Shown piece by piece: positions 1 to 6,458 of a stretch of DNA of 24,802 nt. Made by a program: the position numbers and the translations under genes. This stretch comes from Pseudobdellovibrionaceae bacterium (GTDB lineage Bacteria > Bdellovibrionota > Bdellovibrionia > Bdellovibrionales > Bdellovibrionaceae). The notes beneath the pieces are model-generated. The model searched no databases. It saw nothing but the letters and a program-made list of their open reading frames with translations, and was not told the DNA's origin. How positions within the stretch are numbered: position 1 is the stretch's first letter; every line of letters starts with the position of its first letter. Location of the stretch: NCBI GenBank assembly GCA_041288045.1, contig JBGGMM010000119.1, positions 1-24,802 on the forward strand, in the 5' to 3' direction.

Positions 1-226
1 GGCGAATTTCATGTTCAATATGGTGGGGGGCTTCCAGATCCTTTGAAAGCCCGGTGAGTTTCAGTGACGACTTTTTCGCAAGTGAATTTGGACGGCCTCA
101 ATGATGAGGAAAAGCTAGAGGAACTTCTGCCTTCATTGAGCGATGGGCCCCGCGCCGATTTCGTTTGGACATCAAGTTTTCCTTTAGAGTACTAGCTCTT
201 GGTCGAGGCTTCGGTGACACAGCCGC

Positions 227-254
227 TTTTTCAATTCAAAATGAAATTGAAAAA
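227..254. promoter_or_regulatory. 10-bp inverted repeat (TTTTTCAATT-N8-AATTGAAAAA) abutting the Shine-Dalgarno of the CheY-like gene
   Basis: Arms at 227-236 and 245-254 are exact reverse complements. SD AAAGGAG lies at 253-259 and the ATG at 269. Confidence 0.35.
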
Positions 255-268
255 AGGAGTCGCGAGAC

Positions 269-676
269 ATGTTTCCTCCAGACACTCGAATTCTCGTCGC
301 TGATGATATGCCCACCATTCGTGACCTTGTGAAAAGTCAATTAAAGGCCATGGGCTTTAAAACCATCCTCGAAGCTGCCGATGGCGAACAAGCCATGCAG
401 GTTCTGGTTTCTAACAATTCAGCGGGAACTCCAATTCAACTGGTCATTTCCGACTGGAATATGCCAAAGATGACCGGTCTTGAATTTCTCAAGCAAGTGC
501 GCGCTTCCAATGAATGGGCCAACCTTCCCTTTGTGCTTTTAACTTCTGAGTCAGAGAGAGACCAAGTAACAGAGGCCATTTTAGCCGGCGTCAGTCAGTA
601 TGTTGTGAAACCTTTCGCGGCCAAAATCTTTGAAGAAAAAATCAGAGGCGTTTGGGCTAAGCACAATCCGAAGTAA
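269..676 (+). CDS. cheY: Single-domain response regulator, CheY-like
   Basis: 135 aa receiver-only protein with acidic pair D12-D13, phospho-acceptor D62 in ISDWNMPKMTG, conserved Thr (LLTS) and YVVKPF. Strong SD. The symbol denotes the family; orthology is not proven. Confidence 0.9.
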   Translation: MFPPDTRILVADDMPTIRDLVKSQLKAMGFKTILEAADGEQAMQVLVSNNSAGTPIQLVISDWNMPKMTGLEFLKQVRASNEWANLPFVLLTSESERDQVTEAILAGVSQYVVKPFAAKIFEEKIRGVWAKHNPK

Positions 677-780
677 TTCTTGAGTTTCTCAATTCATTCC
701 ATTCGATCTGATCTTTGATTGATGCTCTCAGTTTAAATCTGAGTTTCTCGTCTCTGTCCGGGTCAACCCTCCTAGTTGTG

Positions 781-822
781 CATCCTGGAAACGGGGGCAT
801 CCATGCCCCCGTTTCCAGGATG
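781..822. repeat. Perfect 20-bp inverted repeat with 2-nt spacer (REP-like palindrome)
   Basis: CATCCTGGAAACGGGGGCAT-CC-ATGCCCCCGTTTCCAGGATG; the arms are exact reverse complements. Confidence 0.95.
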
Positions 823-915
823 AACGTGTCAGGACGACCGACTTCTTCAGTCGGGTGGTTGGCTTTGGATTCTTGAGATGTGACCGATACCCCATTTTTT
901 TTGCTAGATAAGTCG

Positions 916-1016
916 GTATTCAGAATTCAGGGTCCTGATCCGTATTCTGAATTCTGTATTCGGAATTCTGAATACCGAATACAGAATACGGATCGGAATT
1001 CTGTATTCAGAATACT
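916..1016. repeat. Heptamer repeat array G(A/T)AT(T/A)CN, 12 units, with a central imperfect palindrome at 937-994
   Basis: Units start at 916 and 923; seven in tandem at 942, 949, 956, 963, 970, 977 and 984; then 996, 1003 and 1010. Confidence 0.9.
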
Positions 1017-1047
1017 GTTCAGAGTTCGGGTCGGATGACTGAATGTT

Positions 1048-2976
1048 TTATGCTGCCTGTTTTTGGTTCTGCGGCTGCGATTTGATGTAGGGGACTCGGA
1101 CCTTCAGGCTTGTTCCTTGCCCTAGCTTTGATTCGACCCAAGCGGTTCCGCCGATTGATTTGGCTGCGTGAAGAATGGCGTCCATTCCAACTCCGCGGCC
1201 TGAAGTTTCGGTGACCACTTCTTTTGTCGAGAATTGCGAATCAAAAAGATGTTGGATGACTTGCTCGTCGGTCTCGTTGCTGACGTCCATGCCTTTGCTT
1301 TGAAGGCGTGAACGGATTTTTGCGGGATCGACGCCGCCGCCGTCGTCTTTGACTTCGATTTCTAGCCAAGCGCCGGTGGTTTCAGTTTTTAGAGAAAAGA
1401 AAGTTTCGATTTTGCCTTCCCATGATTTGCCGGCTTTTTCGCGTTGATCAGGGGATTCGATGCCATGATCGACGGCATTTCGATAGGCATGAATGAAAGT
1501 TGAAAACAATTGTGAGTAGGGCTCGGGCAGGACGGGCAGGCTGGAGTTATGAAAAACAAGCGGATGCAATTGTTTCATTTCTCTTTCAGCAACTGAAAGA
1601 GCGACATCGTTGTACTGGTGAAAGAATTCGCTGATTGGCTCCATGAGAAAAGTTTCGAGGAAGCTCTCTTGGAGAGTGGCCGGTAGCTGAGACTGAAATT
1701 GATGGAGGATTTTTGCTGGGAGTTCAACCCAGCGTTCTTTCATTTTTTCCGGTGATCCCAGGATCTTTTCGTTTTCAACAGAGAAAGTTTTGAAATGAGT
1801 TTCGATTGAAAATGACGACTCTTTGAGCTTTTCAAAAAGAACAGGGGCCTTTTCTGTCTTCCAATCGGTTAAAAGAGTTTCTGCAGTGTGGGCCTGATCG
1901 GCCATGGGTTTGATTGAAAATGTGGCAGCTCCACCTTTTAAAGTGTGCAAGCAGCGAAACAGATTTTCGGGACTGGCGGCAGAGCCCTTTGTCAGTTCGG
2001 ATTTCAATTCTTGCAGCAAGACTTCGGATTCCTGCAAAAAGCTTAAAACCTGTCGTTTGTGTTGGATCAAAGTGAGAATCATTTTGGCGTGAGCTCTTTC
2101 GGTTTCCGCCTCACGCTGAGCTTCGACGAGTTTAGTGATATCAGAAGCAACAACTACAACCCCATCCATTGCGCCTTCGCTGGATCTCAGAGGATAATAC
2201 TCAATCTGAATATGCAAGCCTTGTGAGTGCGGCAAGCTTTGAGGGCCTAGCGGAGACAAATCTTCAAAGGGCAGCATCTCGGCAAACAAAGTGGTCATCC
2301 ACTTTTTAAATCCAGGGATTTGTTTTTCCGGAAGCTTTAAAACATCCCAAATGTTTTTTCCCGCAGGCTTTCCTTCGATCGTTGTCTCGCAGGCTTTCGA
2401 GGAAACTTCCAGGCAGAGACCGGCTTGATTGAAAATGAAAAACCCCTGATGAAGGCTATCAAGAAGCGCAGTCATCATTTGATTCAATTTGCGAATCTCT
2501 GTGGTTCGCTCATCAACCATTTTTTCCAAGTTCTTGGAGTATTTTTCAAGTTCCGCCTGGGCTTTTTGCAGATCCAAGATGACGTTTTCTTTTTGCTCAA
2601 GCTCTTTGCGGTATTTTTTCTGAAGTGTTTCCTCGAGAGTCACGTCACGAAAAAAGACAAGCCAAGTTTTCTGACCTTCGATTTCGCTGAAAGGCTGCAT
2701 GGTGATTTGAATCTTGCCGGTTTTTCCGCTCTCAGTCTCAAACGCGACTTCTTGGTAGGCGGTTGGGTCTGCGACTTGATCGAGTGTGTTTAAATGGTCG
2801 ATGGGTTGGGCAAATTTGAAGAGCTCGTCAAACACGGGTTGGGAGCGGATCAATTTGCGAACAGAGAGATCGACAATCAAAGAAGCAGGTTCATTGCAAT
2901 AGAGGACCTTTTTCTCCTGATTGAGAATGAAAACAGGTTCTAGCAAAGTATCAAAAAGTTTTGCGTCCACCATCAT
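1048..2976 (-). CDS. Cytoplasmic PAS-coiled coil-PAS-Hpt-HATPase histidine kinase, CheA-type catalytic core without CheW domain (class III-like)
   Basis: Two PAS-like segments end in FFRDVT and ASDIT. Hpt motif LFRCLHTLKGGA (H344), CheA-type N box HAYRNAVDHGIE, G1 DDGGG, F box LFDSQFST and G2 SGRGVGMD are present. The protein ends about 14 aa after the ATPase domain. Confidence 0.9.
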   Translation of the reverse strand: MMVDAKLFDTLLEPVFILNQEKKVLYCNEPASLIVDLSVRKLIRSQPVFDELFKFAQPIDHLNTLDQVADPTAYQEVAFETESGKTGKIQITMQPFSEIEGQKTWLVFFRDVTLEETLQKKYRKELEQKENVILDLQKAQAELEKYSKNLEKMVDERTTEIRKLNQMMTALLDSLHQGFFIFNQAGLCLEVSSKACETTIEGKPAGKNIWDVLKLPEKQIPGFKKWMTTLFAEMLPFEDLSPLGPQSLPHSQGLHIQIEYYPLRSSEGAMDGVVVVASDITKLVEAQREAETERAHAKMILTLIQHKRQVLSFLQESEVLLQELKSELTKGSAASPENLFRCLHTLKGGAATFSIKPMADQAHTAETLLTDWKTEKAPVLFEKLKESSFSIETHFKTFSVENEKILGSPEKMKERWVELPAKILHQFQSQLPATLQESFLETFLMEPISEFFHQYNDVALSVAEREMKQLHPLVFHNSSLPVLPEPYSQLFSTFIHAYRNAVDHGIESPDQREKAGKSWEGKIETFFSLKTETTGAWLEIEVKDDGGGVDPAKIRSRLQSKGMDVSNETDEQVIQHLFDSQFSTKEVVTETSGRGVGMDAILHAAKSIGGTAWVESKLGQGTSLKVRVPYIKSQPQNQKQAA

Positions 2977-2987
2977 AATTCAGTCAC

Positions 2988-3015
2988 TCTTCGGTTTTCG
3001 GAGGCTTCGTCTTAA
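2988..3015 (-). promoter_or_regulatory. Possible sigma-28 (FliA)-type promoter of the kinase gene
   Basis: Minus strand reads TTAAG-N15-ACCGAAGA against consensus TAAA-N15-GCCGATAA. It ends 11 nt before the ATG. Confidence 0.4.
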
Positions 3016-3158
3016 TGAGAGGTGACCGTCCTTGAAACATTTGAAATCGATTCTGGACTCGCTGGACAGAAGTCGAGGCAAAGGAGGCTGGACCAACGCC
3101 CATCTCTGAGACAATTCGATACCGCGCCCGAGGAGGGAAAGTGATACTGTTATGAGAG

Positions 3159-5039
3159 ATGAAGCGTCGTGGGTTGAGCATCCGATATAAAATTTTATTG
3201 CTGCTGACAATGATGCCTTTGATCACATTGGCCATTTATCTTTTCCTGGCTGTGCAAGTTTTCGAAGAAGATAAAGTCGCCTATGTTTTCGAGAGCACAG
3301 ATTCAGTGGCGCGTACGCTTTCGTCTCAAGTGACGACAGAGCTGGGTGGAATTCTTGCGTCCTCCAAACCAGTGATGCAGGAATTTCTGCTTGAAAATCA
3401 TTTTGGAAAAATCTCGCAGGCCATTTTCGATCCGGCTGGCAATCTTGATTGGATCGCAGTTTACCGAAAATCCGAAACTGGATATGAAAAATTGGCTGTG
3501 GGTGGAAAGCCAGAGGCCAATTCAGAAAAGGACTTAGAATCCCTTGGGGATCTGACGCCTCTGATGTCGGAGGTTCGCCAGAAAAATCGTTTGGTAAGAG
3601 TGCCCTTTAAAGACGAACGGGTTCTCATTGTGGAACGAGTCTCACTTGGGAAAGAAGAAGATGAACGGATCTTTTTGATTGTGGCTCAACTTCCAGAATT
3701 GGTGAGCAGCTTTCGTTCGGGACGAAGTGAAGTTTTCCTGGTGAATGATCAGGGACTTGTTCTCTTTGGGCCTGCAGACAGCGAAGGGGCTTTGATCAAA
3801 GAGAAAATCTCCAATGAAATTTTAGTTGATGCCAAACAGCTTCAGCAGGCCTCTGAGACCAATGAAATTAAAAGCAATAAAGGGCAATCGCTGCTGGCTG
3901 CTTACGCAAAAACTGGAGTCGGGGATTTGCTGGTCGTGTCGCTTGTGGATCGGACAAAGGCTTTGGCCGCTGTTGGCACTTTGATTCGACGATCTCTCGT
4001 TTTTTTCGTTTTGCTGATTTCTGTTTCCACTATCGTCAGTCTTGTGGCTTCGGGAACTTTGACTTCGGCGCTGACAGATCTTTTTGGTGCGACCAAAAGG
4101 GTGGCCGAAGGACAGTTCGACATCCAAGTTGAAGTCAAATCCAGTGACGAAATCGGCAGTCTGGCTGATTCCTTCAATGCCATGGCCACAGAAGTTTCCC
4201 GTCTGATGGGTGAGACGGCTGAAAAAGCGCGAATGGAATCGGAACTCAAAACAGCCCAAACTGTTCAAGAGACTCTGTTTCCTCCGGCATTAGCAGATTT
4301 GAGAGGATTTAAAATTGCTGGTTACTATGAGCCCGCCAGTGAGTGCGGCGGAGATTGGTGGCATTATTGCCAAGTCGAAAACCGAGTGTTCCTGTGGATT
4401 GGTGATGCCACTGGGCACGGAGCTCCTGCCGCATTGATTACCAGTGCGGCGAAATCAGCTGCGACAATTATTGAAAGATTGGATGTCGAGCCAGCTCAGG
4501 CCCTGGGGCTCCTCAATCGAGCGATTTATGATGTCAGCAAAGGGCGCATTATGATGACTTTCTTTTTGGCCTGCTTTGATTTGAATACTCATGAGTTCAT
4601 CTATGCCAATGCCAGCCATGAAGCACCTTTTTTGATCAAACAAGCCGGGCAGCCACCGAAGAAAAAAGATTTAATCCCTTTGAACGAGGTCACCAGTCCG
4701 CGATTGGGCCAAGATCGCGAGACACAATATGAACAAATCACCATCAAGCTGGATAAAGGTGATCGAATTCTTTTTTACACTGACGGAATTCCAGATATTG
4801 AAGATCCTCAGAAAAATTCTTGGGGAGAGCGCGAATTCATCAAGGGCATTTTGTCCTCGGTTGCGACATTTCCGCCAATTGCAGATTCTGTCCAGACATT
4901 GGTGGAACAGTTTTCAAATTATCGACAGAAAGCTCCGCTGAAAGACGACATCACTTTTTTCATGGCCCATTTTGCCGAAGAGATCGGCGATCCTGTCGAG
5001 CGCATTTTAGCAGAGGATCCGATCGGGCGGGTGTCATGA
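3159..5039 (+). CDS. Membrane sensor phosphatase: TM, periplasmic Cache-like domain, TM, HAMP, PP2C/SpoIIE (RsbU/SiaA-like)
   Basis: Two hydrophobic helices (about aa 11-32 and 279-298). HAMP segment SSDEIGSLADSFNAMA. PP2C motifs PASECGGDWW, IGDATGHGAPAALIT, FYTDGI and DDIT. Confidence 0.92.
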   Translation: MKRRGLSIRYKILLLLTMMPLITLAIYLFLAVQVFEEDKVAYVFESTDSVARTLSSQVTTELGGILASSKPVMQEFLLENHFGKISQAIFDPAGNLDWIAVYRKSETGYEKLAVGGKPEANSEKDLESLGDLTPLMSEVRQKNRLVRVPFKDERVLIVERVSLGKEEDERIFLIVAQLPELVSSFRSGRSEVFLVNDQGLVLFGPADSEGALIKEKISNEILVDAKQLQQASETNEIKSNKGQSLLAAYAKTGVGDLLVVSLVDRTKALAAVGTLIRRSLVFFVLLISVSTIVSLVASGTLTSALTDLFGATKRVAEGQFDIQVEVKSSDEIGSLADSFNAMATEVSRLMGETAEKARMESELKTAQTVQETLFPPALADLRGFKIAGYYEPASECGGDWWHYCQVENRVFLWIGDATGHGAPAALITSAAKSAATIIERLDVEPAQALGLLNRAIYDVSKGRIMMTFFLACFDLNTHEFIYANASHEAPFLIKQAGQPPKKKDLIPLNEVTSPRLGQDRETQYEQITIKLDKGDRILFYTDGIPDIEDPQKNSWGEREFIKGILSSVATFPPIADSVQTLVEQFSNYRQKAPLKDDITFFMAHFAEEIGDPVERILAEDPIGRVS

Positions 5040-5854
5040 AGTTTCATGCACAGGGCAGCGCCATTTTCGCCAATCTTTCGGAGCAGGCCAAGCGGCTTTA
5101 TCCAAATATTCAAGTCATTACTTTGAATTCAAAATCCGGAGCCACAGGAAAAGAAGTCGTTTTCGTGGACGAGAATCTGGAAGCTGATCAAGTGATTGCC
5201 GAAGTGATCAATCGGAATCTTCACAATTTGATTCAGAAAAATGAAGGACGTTTTGAAGAAACCCTTTTGGCTTCAGGACGTTTGCTCGAGAACCAAAAGA
5301 ATTACTTTCAGAGCGATTATTGTTTTTTCGCTGATCATGCCGAAACGAAAGTGCAGATTCCGTTTACCGGCCCTCCAGATAAGCAGGTCTTAAAAAAATT
5401 GTCCTTGGAATTTTCTCGGCAAGTGGGAAATTCTTCAGTGGTTTCGGCTGCTGACGCGGTCATCGAAGAGCTTTACATGAATGCGATTATCGATGCCCCC
5501 AGAGAGGCGAAGAAAAAAGGAATTCAAAGCCAAGGGATTGAATGCCAGCTTTATCTTGGTAAAGTGAAGGATTGGCTACAGGTCTCTTGCACGGATCCCT
5601 ATGGCTCTTTGGACATTCAACAATTTTTAGGCAGAATGAGTGAAGTTTACACCAAGGGAGCTGGACAAGCGATCAATCTTGATGATTCCGGTGGAGCGGG
5701 ATTGGGCTGCGTGATTCTTTTTGAAGCCAGCGCCTGTCTGATTTTGGGAGTGCAGCCAGGAGTTCAGACGAAAGTCACTTGTCTGATCCCTTTGGGCATT
5801 TCGAACAGGAAAAGGGCCGAGATGAAAAAAAGCCTTCATTGGTTTGAACTTTAA
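5036..5854 (+). CDS. Atypical GHKL-fold Ser/Thr protein kinase (RsbW/SiaB-like), 272 aa
   Basis: Start moved from the track's 4820 to ATG 5036, which forms an ATGA overlap with the phosphatase stop. N-box-like EELYMNA, G1-like TDPYGS and G2 GGAGLG are present; no H-box. Confidence 0.75.
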   Translation: MKFHAQGSAIFANLSEQAKRLYPNIQVITLNSKSGATGKEVVFVDENLEADQVIAEVINRNLHNLIQKNEGRFEETLLASGRLLENQKNYFQSDYCFFADHAETKVQIPFTGPPDKQVLKKLSLEFSRQVGNSSVVSAADAVIEELYMNAIIDAPREAKKKGIQSQGIECQLYLGKVKDWLQVSCTDPYGSLDIQQFLGRMSEVYTKGAGQAINLDDSGGAGLGCVILFEASACLILGVQPGVQTKVTCLIPLGISNRKRAEMKKSLHWFEL

Positions 5855-5881
5855 AGGTTAAATAGAGAGAAGAGGTCATCC

Positions 5882-6352
5882 ATGTCAAAGTTTGAAATTA
5901 AAATTGAAAAAGCGGGTTCTGCTTGGAAGGTCAACATGGCTGGCGTGATTGATGAGGATGCTGATTTTAATCCCCACAGCCTGGCTGGCGCGCCTGCAGT
6001 TGAGCTCCAATTGTCTCAAATCAAATCGATCAATTCTTGTGGAATCCGTGAATGGATCAAATGGATGGGGACCGCCGGATCTGTTCCTGTGAAATATCAT
6101 GAGTGTCCAAAAATCATTGTTGATCAAATCAATATGGTTCAGGGATTTTTGCCGGCGAATGGCAAAGTGATGTCATTTTATGTTCCCTATTACAATGATG
6201 ATTCTGGATCGGAAAAAAACGTTCTCTTCACTCTCGGCAAAGAGTATGGCGATCAGGGGATCCAAGCTGCCCCAGCTGTCAAAGATGAGCAGGGGAATGA
6301 TATGGAAATGGACATTGTCGAAGCCAAGTATTTCAAATTCTTGAAAAAATAA
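5882..6352 (+). CDS. STAS-like (anti-anti-sigma-type) protein with C-terminal extension
   Basis: AGVIDEDA and LSQIKSINSCGI resemble the STAS GxLD and DLSxVxFIDSSG motifs, placing S52 at the phospho-Ser position. SD GAGG upstream. Confidence 0.75.
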   Translation: MSKFEIKIEKAGSAWKVNMAGVIDEDADFNPHSLAGAPAVELQLSQIKSINSCGIREWIKWMGTAGSVPVKYHECPKIIVDQINMVQGFLPANGKVMSFYVPYYNDDSGSEKNVLFTLGKEYGDQGIQAAPAVKDEQGNDMEMDIVEAKYFKFLKK

Positions 6353-6406
6353 TCGGATCTTTGTCTAGAGCAGCTGGCCCTCGGTCTGGGTCCATGCTGG
6401 TGCCCA

Positions 6407-6434
6407 TCAACTTATGCTCCCGGTCCGCCGATAA
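6407..6434 (+). promoter_or_regulatory. Sigma-28 (FliA)-type promoter
   Basis: TCAA (6407-6410)-N16-GCCGATAA (6427-6434); the -10 element is an exact consensus match. SD GAGGAG and ATG 6459 follow. Confidence 0.65.
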
Positions 6435-6458
6435 AAAGGGATAGAGGAGTTCAATTTC

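Noticed and set aside
133..161. GCCGATTT as a sigma-28 -10 element for the CheY-like gene
   Set aside because: No acceptable -35 element at 15-16 nt spacing.
1..195. Frame +1 reads as protein-like on both sides of a TGA at 55-57 (possible readthrough or pseudogene); a minus-strand ATG at 12 could also start a gene leaving the window
   Set aside because: Too little context, no recognisable motif, and TGA is used as a normal stop elsewhere in the window.
680..749. TGAGTTTCTC repeated at 681 and 740, with small hairpins
   Set aside because: Short 5-bp stems with no U-tract; cannot be separated from chance.
781..1016. CRISPR array or tRNA in the structured intergenic region
   Set aside because: No repeat-spacer periodicity, no cas genes, and no cloverleaf or T-loop motif.
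1048..2976. Calling the kinase cheA
   Set aside because: It lacks the CheW domain and N-terminal Hpt, and no chemotaxis operon is present.
2980..3235. Minus-strand ORFs of 76 and 83 aa
   Set aside because: They overlap the phosphatase start and the promoter region, and have no motifs.
4820..5035. N-terminal 72 aa of the 344-aa track ORF
   Set aside because: Overlaps the PP2C catalytic end in another frame; the ATGA-coupled start at 5036 is far more plausible.
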